Source: a virus (Duplodnaviria > Caudoviricetes). Taken from it: a stretch of 63,905 nucleotides of DNA. The DNA lies in IMG/VR virus record IMGVR_UViG_3300023180_000052, positions 1 through 63,905 of that record, one strand, 5' to 3'. Position 1 is the first letter of the stretch; every line of letters starts with the position of its first letter. Shown here one piece after another: positions 19,370 to 29,090 of this stretch. The position numbers and the translations under genes are program-made. The notes below the pieces were generated by a model. It searched no databases. It saw nothing but the letters and a program-made list of their open reading frames with translations, and was not told the origin of the DNA.

Positions 19370-20035
19370 ATGAGTAACGAAGTAAGAAATGAGCTGAATC
19401 GTAGGAAAATGGTCAGAACAGCAGGTGAAGTTCGCTTCATCAAAGATCATGGTGATGACTCTAACGCTTGGGCTTGGGGTCAACACCCACCTTCACAGCG
19501 TGTTATGGACATAAACCACACCTACAATAAGAAATGTGTAAAGAACCTCTCTAAAGTTCTCAAGTCTACTCTTATGAGTCTTGGTCACGCTATGTCTGCG
19601 TACACCGTATTCGCTAAGATGAAGTCTCGTGATATTTCCCCTGACGGCAACTTAGGGGGTCGTGGTTATATCATGGAAATCAAAGCAATCCGTAGACAGT
19701 ACATGAATGTAGTAGAAGCCCTCTCAGCTATGTCTGACACGATCTATGATGAGATCACAGCAGACCATTGGGCAGACGCTCAAGGTCGTTTAGTTCAAGA
19801 AGTCTTAAACGAGGTCGAGGAAATAAAAGACGACCCAGAGGCTTGGGCTGAAACACAAGAAGATATGACCACCCTAGTAGATAAAGCACATGAAAAAAGG
19901 GAACAGGCTAAGGCTAAGAAAAAGCCCGAAGACCTCAAACCCGAAAGAGACTTTTCTTCATCTAGGGGTAAGACGGCTAACCTTTCAACTTCAGCCACTA
20001 GGGTGGCTCAGAAATACATGAGGGAAATGATATGA
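19370..20035 (+). CDS. Hypothetical, probable virion protein
   Basis: Operon position upstream of the terminase; ends TRVAQKYMREMI. Confidence 0.7.
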   Translation: MSNEVRNELNRRKMVRTAGEVRFIKDHGDDSNAWAWGQHPPSQRVMDINHTYNKKCVKNLSKVLKSTLMSLGHAMSAYTVFAKMKSRDISPDGNLGGRGYIMEIKAIRRQYMNVVEALSAMSDTIYDEITADHWADAQGRLVQEVLNEVEEIKDDPEAWAETQEDMTTLVDKAHEKREQAKAKKKPEDLKPERDFSSSRGKTANLSTSATRVAQKYMREMI

Positions 20036-22659
20036 GTAATAGCAAACTTCCTAATGGGGGCTACTCCCTCACTAATGGTTCTAACTATATGTTAGACGGA
20101 TTTCAGTTCGATACAGAGTATGGAAATGGAGTCTATGAGAAAGCAAGGCTACCCGAAGCTAAGGGACTAGCTACGCTTCCTAGTGGAATGATACCTCCTG
20201 ATTCACCCTTAACCTCAGACTTGCCGACAGGGGTGGAAGTAGACCTCGATCTCGACTTGTCTGACCTAACAAAAGATGCTTCCGAGCAACTTATCCCTCT
20301 AGTAGATCACTCTTGGTTAGCGTCTAACCCACAAGAGAATCTTGATGGTATGCGTACTCACGAAGAAATCTTAGAACAATTTGCTGAGGGTCGTTTTGAA
20401 CACCCTCAAGCCAACCAACTCAAGACCCTTGAGGAGTCTTGGGCAGATGGCTCGACAACAGGATTAGAAATAATCCCCAATAGCCAACGCACTCATCAGA
20501 AATACACAAATCCGTACCATGAGCATCAATCAGAGTTGCCAGGGGACGATTATCGTCAAAAGGTAGAACAAGGCTCTCGTAAAGTGGCTTACGGAAATGA
20601 GACTCTTGATGAAATAGTAGACAGCCTTTCATTAGACGGCAAGACTGCTAGTAGACTCATGTCAGACTTATCTGATGAGTATGGTCTGCATGGTCGAGTC
20701 TATGTAAAGGAAGCAAGTTTCCCTGGTCTCTTTAATGGGCGTTGGGACGAGGTAATCAATAAGCGTTGTGCTACCTCTATGTATATTATCCCTAGTAAGT
20801 CTGATTGTGCCTTTGATCGCTTCTTGGGCATGAAGGTAGTCGCTTCAGTAGAGGACATTCCTTGGAAAGAGGCTTATCAGACCCTCATGCCTAAACTTGA
20901 GACTTATGGTGTCACAAAGGTGTCGGGGTCTAGCTATGCTTCAATGCTTCGCCAAGCGTTCGTTGACGTTATGGAAGGTCGTATTGAGTCTCCTGTGCAG
21001 TCCTCTACTTGGTTTCAAGTTCAACCCGATCAGACGAATCTTATTTCTATTGATCGAGCTAAGGTTGCTCTTGAGCAGTTTGAGGTGGACAACCCTTTCA
21101 TAGAGACGCAAGAGCAAAGACACCTTTCAGCTACCGAGTCTCGCCTTAATAGGATTGCGAAACAGCTTGTCGATCAGCATTTAGTGGAAGGCGAAATCGT
21201 TGAAGACGTTCTTCAGAGTGATCGCACAGCGAGTGCTAAAATTGATCGTCTTTACGAGATCGCTTCACAGCCTGTAGTCGCATCTTCGTATGAGGGGCAA
21301 GGCAAGGAAGCTAAGTTGCTCAACCCTTACAAGTCTACTCTCGACCCGAACGCTAAAGTCATTTCTGCCACTCAGAAAGACAAGATCGCTTCAGCGAAGA
21401 AATGCCAAGAGAAAGTCGCTAAGCTCATTCAGCAAGGCTTGATCTCTATTTCTGAGGTAGAGGAAGTAACCAAGACAGCTTCAACTCCTGAAGCGAAGTT
21501 GGCTTCTGTTTACGAGTTCCTTTCTCGTCCTGCACAGGTTCAGAAATACATGGGGGAGCAAGAAGCCCACTACATGACTAAGAAGTCTACTATTGACCCT
21601 AACGCTCATGTAGATAACAAAGAAGCTCGCAACCTCGCACAGAGAAATATTGTAGCTCAGACTAAGATCGCTAAGATGATCGAGAGTGGGCTTATTTCCT
21701 ATGACGAAGTAGCCGTTGCAATCAAGGGTCAGAAGACTCCCGAAAGCAAAGTCGCTTCCGTATTTGCTTTCCTTGCGAAGCCACAAAAGACTGCTTCCTA
21801 CAATCAGTATAGTGTGACAGAACATCGCATGGTTAAGAGTCGTAATAAGCCTCTTGATGAAGTCCCTAATATGGAGAAGCGAGCGAGTGCCAACCTTTGG
21901 AAAGAAGCTCACTCTAAGGTAGATCGTCTTGTTAGTGCAGGCTTGCTTTCACAAGAGAAGTACGAGTCATTAAGTGGTATTTCTGACCCGAATGACTTTG
22001 TACGCAAAGCGTTTGATATTGCGTCTAAGCCTAGTGAAGCCACCGAGTATCAAGGTGGTGAAACAGCTCATTTCCTTAACAGCAAAAAGTCAGCTCAGAT
22101 GACAGAATCTGAAGTGCGTGTAGCTACATGGCTTCGACAGAAGATGTCAGAGGGTTCAGCAGGCGAGGAACTTGACATCTTACTCTCTACTAGGTTCTCT
22201 CAGAATGTTCTTCAAGATCACCAATCTCGTATCGCTTCACTTAGAAATGAACACGAGGGTGTTTCGGGTCATGCTTATGTAGACGCAGAAGCCTACATGA
22301 CACAAGGTACAGAGGGTTGTGAGAAGGGTGCTCTTATTCACAGAGCAAACCAAATCCCAACACTTCTTAAAACAGCGAAATGTGGTACTTGCGTGTTCAA
22401 CTCAGGAGGCTCTTGTCAGAAGTACAACAAGGTTGTAGTGGCGAGTGCTTCTGAAATCGTTGAGGACAAAGAGCAGTATCAGAAAGAAATGATTAGGCTT
22501 GCCAATGCGAGTGACGCAGAGCAGACGGCATCTCTTTTCGTAAATAACTACGATGAGTCTGAGTTTGGTTTGACCCAAGCAGGCTCGAATGTAGATTTCT
22601 CAGATTCACCGACAACAGCTACCGTAGGTGATGTTCTTTTCGGTGGCTTTGAAGTGTAA
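20032..22659 (+). CDS. Large protein with four internal helical repeats and Cys-rich C-terminus
   Basis: Repeats KxxKL(I/V)xxGL(I/L)S..E; C-terminal CEKG..CGTC..C. Confidence 0.75.
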   Translation: MSNSKLPNGGYSLTNGSNYMLDGFQFDTEYGNGVYEKARLPEAKGLATLPSGMIPPDSPLTSDLPTGVEVDLDLDLSDLTKDASEQLIPLVDHSWLASNPQENLDGMRTHEEILEQFAEGRFEHPQANQLKTLEESWADGSTTGLEIIPNSQRTHQKYTNPYHEHQSELPGDDYRQKVEQGSRKVAYGNETLDEIVDSLSLDGKTASRLMSDLSDEYGLHGRVYVKEASFPGLFNGRWDEVINKRCATSMYIIPSKSDCAFDRFLGMKVVASVEDIPWKEAYQTLMPKLETYGVTKVSGSSYASMLRQAFVDVMEGRIESPVQSSTWFQVQPDQTNLISIDRAKVALEQFEVDNPFIETQEQRHLSATESRLNRIAKQLVDQHLVEGEIVEDVLQSDRTASAKIDRLYEIASQPVVASSYEGQGKEAKLLNPYKSTLDPNAKVISATQKDKIASAKKCQEKVAKLIQQGLISISEVEEVTKTASTPEAKLASVYEFLSRPAQVQKYMGEQEAHYMTKKSTIDPNAHVDNKEARNLAQRNIVAQTKIAKMIESGLISYDEVAVAIKGQKTPESKVASVFAFLAKPQKTASYNQYSVTEHRMVKSRNKPLDEVPNMEKRASANLWKEAHSKVDRLVSAGLLSQEKYESLSGISDPNDFVRKAFDIASKPSEATEYQGGETAHFLNSKKSAQMTESEVRVATWLRQKMSEGSAGEELDILLSTRFSQNVLQDHQSRIASLRNEHEGVSGHAYVDAEAYMTQGTEGCEKGALIHRANQIPTLLKTAKCGTCVFNSGGSCQKYNKVVVASASEIVEDKEQYQKEMIRLANASDAEQTASLFVNNYDESEFGLTQAGSNVDFSDSPTTATVGDVLFGGFEV

Positions 22660-22669
22660 GGAGTAGGAA

Positions 22670-23335
22670 ATGCCATTACCTCAGTATCTACAAAAATCGA
22701 CAGTCACAGCCCCTTTTAAAATGCTTGTGGCTCATCATACGAGAGCTTCAGACCCGTCTAAGGGAGAAGCAGGTAATCCTGTTAAGATTCGTAATGGCTT
22801 TGAAATGCAAGTCGTGACGACACAGCATAGAACAGCCGTCTTGGGCTATCTACAAGAGAACACACCTGTTCTTGTTATTAAGGTTAATAGTGCTGACTTT
22901 GCTAATCCTGCGATTGGCAACCCTCCACCTTATTATGACCTTGATACTATCCAAGCTCTTGCGAGTGACATTCAGAAAAGCGACCAAGTGAGTCCTCTTT
23001 CAGCAGGTGTCCATTTCGGTCAAGCTCATGGTCATGGTGTGGGGGCTATCCCTGTACTAGCGAGTGAGTTAGCTGTTGCTCTTAACTCCCTTGATGGTAT
23101 TGAAGCGAATGTCAGCAATCTTGATAATACTAAGGTTGAGATTTCCACTTCAGCAGTAGATGACGCACTTATTCTAAATGTAGTGAGCTACTCGTACTTG
23201 CTACTTAACGGTGTCCCACCTTTCACGATTGAAGACACAGATGGAAATACTCTGTATGACCCTGCTATTGCAGGGACTTCTTCGGGTACTATAAAGGCGA
23301 ACAGTAAGGACATTGGCTCGATTAGAAGCATTTAA
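22670..23335 (+). CDS. Hypothetical, probable structural protein
   Basis: AAGGAG RBS; composition and position. Confidence 0.65.
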   Translation: MPLPQYLQKSTVTAPFKMLVAHHTRASDPSKGEAGNPVKIRNGFEMQVVTTQHRTAVLGYLQENTPVLVIKVNSADFANPAIGNPPPYYDLDTIQALASDIQKSDQVSPLSAGVHFGQAHGHGVGAIPVLASELAVALNSLDGIEANVSNLDNTKVEISTSAVDDALILNVVSYSYLLLNGVPPFTIEDTDGNTLYDPAIAGTSSGTIKANSKDIGSIRSI

Positions 23336-23353
23336 TCAGAAAGGACATTTCCC

Positions 23354-24016
23354 ATGCAAAACTTAATTCCTAAAGGGGCAACCCGTGTTCAAGTGACAGA
23401 CGAAGTAGGGAAAGTTGTGTGGAGAAAGCCCTCTGATGTACGCACAACGGATTCGATTAAGTTTAATCCGAATACAGGCGAGCCTTATGTTATGTTCGGG
23501 ACTCCTGGGGTCGGTCCAAAAACAGCAAGCACCCCTACGCAACTACCTCCCTCTAATGCTGTCATTTCAGCGATTAAGACTCGCAAGAAGGACAGCCTAG
23601 ATGCTGACGAAATAGTTCAAGTCACCAAAGCTAACCCCGACTCGTCTAATGTACTGACCAAAGTCATTGAGGGTTTAGCAGAGGAATCGGCTTCACTAGC
23701 TTTTGAGAGACAAGAGGCAGAGCGTAAGGGTGAATCTACTTCTCAGATTAGTATGCGTAGAGTCCAAGCACTCAAGGCTGTTGGAGATACTTGGCTCAAG
23801 AAGAAAGAAATCATTTCTTCAAAGGGTGTAGACCTAGAGTCGCCTTCATTTAAGATTATTTTTACACATATCGCTGAGACATTCCGTAAGGCTTGTGATG
23901 AAGCAGGTGTCAGACCCGAAATGGCAGAGAGTGTCTTTGCTGAGTTCGGCAAGTTAGTTGACGATCAAGATTGGATAACTGAAGCTAAGGCAAAAATGGA
24001 GAAGGGTGACGACTAA
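23354..24016 (+). CDS. Hypothetical protein, candidate small terminase
   Basis: Helical, directly upstream of the large terminase; function inferred from position only. Confidence 0.4.
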   Translation: MQNLIPKGATRVQVTDEVGKVVWRKPSDVRTTDSIKFNPNTGEPYVMFGTPGVGPKTASTPTQLPPSNAVISAIKTRKKDSLDADEIVQVTKANPDSSNVLTKVIEGLAEESASLAFERQEAERKGESTSQISMRRVQALKAVGDTWLKKKEIISSKGVDLESPSFKIIFTHIAETFRKACDEAGVRPEMAESVFAEFGKLVDDQDWITEAKAKMEKGDD

Positions 24017-24018
24017 GA

Positions 24019-27000
24019 ATGAGTTTTTCCTCTTTAGCTATTTCAGCGAGTGCGAGGGCAGGAAAGCAGTCAGAAAAGAACGCAGATATTATCGAGTTCG
24101 TGGAAGCCCCTTGGGGCTTGAAGATGAAGCTATTTCCTGTTCAGCGAGTGATCTTAAAAGTTCACTACGGGCTTGAATTAGATGATACCAAGACCTTTGA
24201 AATATCTGATTGGCGAAGGCAGAACGTAGAAGTACATACTGAAAAATCTTATCTCAAGAAACTTTATGACGAAGGTCGGTGCAACGTAGGTGAGGTAATC
24301 CCTGGCAAACAACGTAGGGAAATGATCTTGTCAATCGGTAGACGTTCGGGGAAATGCGTCACAGGAGACACTCTTGTCACTACAGATAGAGGACTCGTCA
24401 GAATAGATTCTTTAGGTGATGTGAATGGGGCTGAGTTTCAGCCTCTTTCTGTGTCCGTTACTCAAGAGGGAGGTCGAGTTTCAAGGTCTGCTTATTTCTA
24501 TAATGGTGGTGTTCGTCAGACGAAGTACTTTAGAACCAAGTCGGGATATGACCTTGAGGGAACAGGCAACCATCGAGTGAAAGTCCTTACTCCCGAATGT
24601 GAGATCAAGTGGAAGTTTCTCCAAGATATTTCTGAAGGAGATATGGTTGGTATCAACAGGAGCAATAACCTATTTCCTTATAACTACTTATGTCTCAGCA
24701 AGTATAAAGAGGGACTCACTGACCAAGAACATCTCCCTAACTACTTAGACGAGAAATGGGGTCAGCTTCTAGGTATTTTAGTGGGTGACGGCTTATGGAC
24801 AGAACATAGATGCGTTAAAGTTTCTGTGGGGGAAAGTGGCTTTGACAACTACCTAGTTAACTTCTTTAAGAGTTTGTTTAAAAGAGTCTCTTACTACCCT
24901 GACTTGAGAACCGAAAATGCAGGGTCTGTAGTAGCAAATGGTTCATATAACCGACTTTTCTTAGACCGACTAGGTTGGGTTATAGATGTCACTTCTAGCA
25001 CGAAAGAAATACCTCATTCAATCAAGGCTTCTCCTGCTTTAGTTCAGATGGCATTTCTGAGAGGGTTATTTGAGACAGATGGCTGTGTTTCAGGGCCGAA
25101 GATAGCTTTCAGCACAGTGTCGTCAGAGTTGGCTCGTCAAGTTCAAGTGATGTTGTTAAACTTAGGGATTACTTCGAGCCGATCTGAGAGAGTGCGTTCT
25201 AAAAAGAACCACTCAAATGAGTTCGTTGTTTCTATTAAAGGCTCAAGGTCTAAGAGAACTTTTGCACAAAAGATCGGGTTTATTTCTGAGAGGAAAAAGA
25301 AGCTACTTCAAGAGCTAGTTTCGACCCTCACATATCGGGAGTCGAGAGAGGGCGTTCCGTTCTTCCTAGACCTCTTGAAGAAAGAGGGTTTGAACCTTTA
25401 CTCTTATGATAAGAACACCATTCCTTATTGGAAGCTCAAGGAAATCCTTCCTCAGCTTAGGGGTGAGATCAGACAGAAATGTGAAACGCTAATAGACGCT
25501 GACTACTACTTTGACCCTGTAGTTGAAGTGAGGGATTCTGAGAATCGGGTGTATGACTTGAATGTGCCTGATGGTTCGAGCTTCTTGGCGAATGGCTTCA
25601 CTAACCACAACACGACTATTTCTGCGTGTATTGCGGCTTATGAGACGTACAAACTCATCAAGAAACAAGACCCTCAGAAATACTACGGACTTCCTGCGAG
25701 CAATAACATTCAGATCATTTCGGTGGCGACAGATAAAGACCAAGCAGGGTTGCTCTATCAAGAAGTGTCGGGTCACTATCGCAACTGTTCTTTCTTCGGT
25801 CCATACACAGCGAATAATACTCTGAGCTATGCTCGATTTCAGACCCCTGCCGATGTTGAAAAGTACGGTAGGTACATTGAGAATTCGAGTGCGAAAGCAA
25901 CGCTCAAAGTCACCTTCAGATCATGTGTCGCTAAGGGTCTTCGTGGTGCAGGTAATATATGCGTTATTCTTGACGAGGTTGCTCACTTTACAGAGTCGGG
26001 TCAATCGGGTGCTGAGGAAGTGTATAACGCTGTTGTGCCTTCGACCTCAGCATATTCACCGAAAGACCCCGACAACCCTACTGTTCCTATTGGAGAAGTA
26101 GAGGGTCGTGTTATTCTCATTTCTTCGCCACTAGGTAAACAGGGTCTGTTCTATAATCTATTTCAGATCGGTATGCGAGGAGGTAAAGCGAGCGAGAATA
26201 TCCTTGCCGTTCAAGCTCCTACTTGGGAAGTAAACCCCACCGTCCCTGCTGAGGAATTCGAGAAGCATTATCTTAAAAATGCGGCTGTCTTCTTTACGGA
26301 GTATGGTGGCGAGTTTACAGATCGTACTAGGGGTTGGATTGAAAAGTCTGAGGACTTGTTTGCCTGCGTTGATGTCGGTCTTAGAGCAAAACAGAAAGCT
26401 CCTGCGAGGAAACCTCATTTCATGGGGATTGACTTGGGTCTTGTAGGTGACGGCACAGCGATAGCAATCGGGCATCTTGAGGAAGATAAGATTGTTGTGG
26501 ACTTGGTGACACAGATCAAAGCAGGTGAGGGAGAGTATGCTGAAAAAGATCGCTTAGACTTTGATGATGTAGCTGATTGGATTCTTGAAATGACCAAGAA
26601 GTTCTATGTGGTTGAGGGTATCTTTGACCAATGGGCAGGTATCCCCTTAGAGCAAGCGTTGTCGAAGCGTGGTTTAGGTCAGATGAAATCGGTGCAGATG
26701 ACGAAGCAGTTGACCTCTCAGATTTTCCAAAACTTTAAGGACATGATGTGGGACGAAAGGCTTGGTTTATATGACCGACCTAACCCTGAAGAAGATGGAC
26801 ATGAGCCTTACATACAAGAGCTTTTAGAGCTTCAAGCGAAGGTTCAGAGTAAACACCTCATTACTGTAGAAGCACCACAAGTACAGGGCAAACATGACGA
26901 TATGTCAGACGCATTAACTCGTATGATTTGGATAGCTTCTCAGCAGATAGGGAAGCAGAGGTATTTCGCAGGAGGTTCGGGTAGATCATCAATGGGCAAC

Positions 27001-27138
27001 TATTCTAGTGGGAAAGGCTTTGCAGGAGGCACAAGACTTAGAGGAGGCTCAGACCCTCGTAGAATTGCTCCCCGAACGACAAACCGATCTGACAAACACA
27101 GCATAAGAAATCGAATCTTAGGAAATAAAAAGAGGTAA
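24019..27138 (+). CDS. terL: Terminase large subunit (intein-containing)
   Basis: Spliced Walker A GRRSGK/T, Walker B ILDEVAHF, ISSP, nuclease GIDLG..D and HDDMSDA. Confidence 0.92.
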   Translation: MSFSSLAISASARAGKQSEKNADIIEFVEAPWGLKMKLFPVQRVILKVHYGLELDDTKTFEISDWRRQNVEVHTEKSYLKKLYDEGRCNVGEVIPGKQRREMILSIGRRSGKCVTGDTLVTTDRGLVRIDSLGDVNGAEFQPLSVSVTQEGGRVSRSAYFYNGGVRQTKYFRTKSGYDLEGTGNHRVKVLTPECEIKWKFLQDISEGDMVGINRSNNLFPYNYLCLSKYKEGLTDQEHLPNYLDEKWGQLLGILVGDGLWTEHRCVKVSVGESGFDNYLVNFFKSLFKRVSYYPDLRTENAGSVVANGSYNRLFLDRLGWVIDVTSSTKEIPHSIKASPALVQMAFLRGLFETDGCVSGPKIAFSTVSSELARQVQVMLLNLGITSSRSERVRSKKNHSNEFVVSIKGSRSKRTFAQKIGFISERKKKLLQELVSTLTYRESREGVPFFLDLLKKEGLNLYSYDKNTIPYWKLKEILPQLRGEIRQKCETLIDADYYFDPVVEVRDSENRVYDLNVPDGSSFLANGFTNHNTTISACIAAYETYKLIKKQDPQKYYGLPASNNIQIISVATDKDQAGLLYQEVSGHYRNCSFFGPYTANNTLSYARFQTPADVEKYGRYIENSSAKATLKVTFRSCVAKGLRGAGNICVILDEVAHFTESGQSGAEEVYNAVVPSTSAYSPKDPDNPTVPIGEVEGRVILISSPLGKQGLFYNLFQIGMRGGKASENILAVQAPTWEVNPTVPAEEFEKHYLKNAAVFFTEYGGEFTDRTRGWIEKSEDLFACVDVGLRAKQKAPARKPHFMGIDLGLVGDGTAIAIGHLEEDKIVVDLVTQIKAGEGEYAEKDRLDFDDVADWILEMTKKFYVVEGIFDQWAGIPLEQALSKRGLGQMKSVQMTKQLTSQIFQNFKDMMWDERLGLYDRPNPEEDGHEPYIQELLELQAKVQSKHLITVEAPQVQGKHDDMSDALTRMIWIASQQIGKQRYFAGGSGRSSMGNYSSGKGFAGGTRLRGGSDPRRIAPRTTNRSDKHSIRNRILGNKKR
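24355..25611 (+). mobile_element. Intein (419 aa) with LAGLIDADG homing endonuclease
   Basis: Starts CVTGDTLV, block B TGNH, LLGILVGDG and FLRGLFETDG, VYDLNV, ends THN-like NHN followed by Thr. Confidence 0.95.
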
Positions 27139-27142
27139 TATC

Positions 27143-27370
27143 ATGCTCCCTAGAGAAAGAAAGACAGCAGATCATCGAGTGCTTGGTAGAATACTAGAAC
27201 TTAGCTTTGGACAAAAAGAGCCTAAAGATTCGACAATCAACTTTATTTCTGAGCTATTTATGCGTATGGGAGGAAGTTGGGTAGGTTTTTTTCAAGGCGA
27301 CCCCAAGCAAGTAAGATTACTAAAACAATGTTCGGCGGCAGTCGTTAAGAGAGAAAAAGAAAATGAGTGA
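27143..27370 (+). CDS. Hypothetical protein
   Basis: GAGG RBS; coupled to the portal start. Confidence 0.65.
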   Translation: MLPRERKTADHRVLGRILELSFGQKEPKDSTINFISELFMRMGGSWVGFFQGDPKQVRLLKQCSAAVVKREKENE

Positions 27371-29033
27371 TGATTCCGTAGAAGTAGGGAAGATACTCCC
27401 TCGATCAAAAGCTATTTCACGCTCTTTGACGGCTTCAGAAATGAAGTCTCGTGTGAAGATAGCGATGACTACATCAGGGACTCAGATGGGGTCGGGTGGT
27501 AACTTTTACTCGCCTGAACTTTCTACTGATTTCCTTGAGCTTCCACAGAGCCAAGACGAACAACGCAACTATTTCAGATTCTTCTATCGTACTGACCCTT
27601 TCGTGGGTCAAGCTGTTGACTTACATACTGAACTACCTCTCTCAAAGATTAGGCTCGGTATGCCCAAGTCGAGAAATAGACAGATGGCAGAAGCCTCTCT
27701 CAGATTTTGCGAGAAATGGGCTAAGCGTATCGGTCTTTTACACAGGCTTATTGAGATTCTCCATGAGTATAATCTACTCGGTGAAGTGTTCGTTTTCTGT
27801 GAGGATAATAACCCCGATGTGCCTAGAGAAGTGACTCATAACAAAGTCAATGAGATCACAGAAGAAGGAGCTGAGGTTAAGTATTACAAAAAAGACGATG
27901 CTGATGACTTGGCTTATAAGTGGATGAAGAAGAACTACAAGGGGTGGACAGCGATTAGAATCTTGCCTCCCGAACAAGTTCACATGGAGTCATTTCCTTT
28001 CACAGATGAGAAGATCATTTCTTTAGTGCCTGACTCTAAGACTAAAGATGTAGTCGAGCGTTCAGCGATGCAAGACCCTGACGCTATGCGTATCGTGGAC
28101 TCGATGCCCGAAAACGTAGTGGAGTCGATTAGAGAGGGGCGAAATATTCCTCTTAATACTGACCCCACATTAGGTTCTTTCTGCTATTTCATGGCTCGTA
28201 AGAAATCGCAGTATGAACCTCGTGGTCACTCTATGCTTGAGAGATGTCTCAGAATCTTGGTGTATCGAGACAAACTCCGACAGGCTCAGACCTCTATTGC
28301 TTCTCGTCACATGACTCCTATTCGTCTTGTCTATGCAGAGGATATGGACATGAATGATGTGGAAGCGTTGAGAGAGCAAGTAGACTTAGCACTCCAAGAC
28401 CCCGACTACTCGATCATCGCTAACTTTCAGATTAGTTGGGAAGAAATGGGTGCTGACCAACGCTTGCTTGATCTTGGGGGTGAGTATGATATGACTGACC
28501 GACAGATGTACGCAGGCTTGGGGGTTACGGAATCACTCTTATCGGGTGAGTCTAGCTATTCGGGAGATCGCATTAACCTAGAGGTGATTAACACTCGCTA
28601 TATGTTAATGAGAGAGGTCTTGCAGGAAATGGTTGAGGAAAACATTCTGAAACCAATGTGTAGACGCATGGGCTTCGTGGAGGAAGATGAAGACGGTGAG
28701 GAAGTGGTGGTACACCCGACTCTGAGCTTCACTCGTCTTGGTTTGCGAGATAACCAAGATACCTTTGACGCTCTGTTCAACCTTTATCAAAAGGGGTCGT
28801 TGGACATTGACATTATTCTTGAGCTTCTCAACGTAGACCCTGAGTCCACAAAGAGGAAGTTAGAACGTGATATGTGGACGATGAATGACTCTCAATTCAA
28901 TGAGGTTCTGCGTGGCATTTATGGTGAAGCAGGTCGTATGCTTGCAGAGAACTCTGAGGTTATTGAGAAGATCGCTGCTAATCTCGGTTTGGAATATACA
29001 CCACCTGCTGAAGATGAGGGTGGGCGTTTCTAA
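27363..29033 (+). CDS. Portal protein
   Basis: 556 aa after terL; FFYRTDPFVGQAVDLH, EYNLLGEVF, RGHSMLERC, GLGVTESLLSG portal-like pattern. Confidence 0.8.
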   Translation: MSDDSVEVGKILPRSKAISRSLTASEMKSRVKIAMTTSGTQMGSGGNFYSPELSTDFLELPQSQDEQRNYFRFFYRTDPFVGQAVDLHTELPLSKIRLGMPKSRNRQMAEASLRFCEKWAKRIGLLHRLIEILHEYNLLGEVFVFCEDNNPDVPREVTHNKVNEITEEGAEVKYYKKDDADDLAYKWMKKNYKGWTAIRILPPEQVHMESFPFTDEKIISLVPDSKTKDVVERSAMQDPDAMRIVDSMPENVVESIREGRNIPLNTDPTLGSFCYFMARKKSQYEPRGHSMLERCLRILVYRDKLRQAQTSIASRHMTPIRLVYAEDMDMNDVEALREQVDLALQDPDYSIIANFQISWEEMGADQRLLDLGGEYDMTDRQMYAGLGVTESLLSGESSYSGDRINLEVINTRYMLMREVLQEMVEENILKPMCRRMGFVEEDEDGEEVVVHPTLSFTRLGLRDNQDTFDALFNLYQKGSLDIDIILELLNVDPESTKRKLERDMWTMNDSQFNEVLRGIYGEAGRMLAENSEVIEKIAANLGLEYTPPAEDEGGRF

Positions 29034-29090
29034 TCTAATAGCCTCTTTATCTTTTAGTATAATGTAAATTAAGGTAGTGAGGTTATTAGT

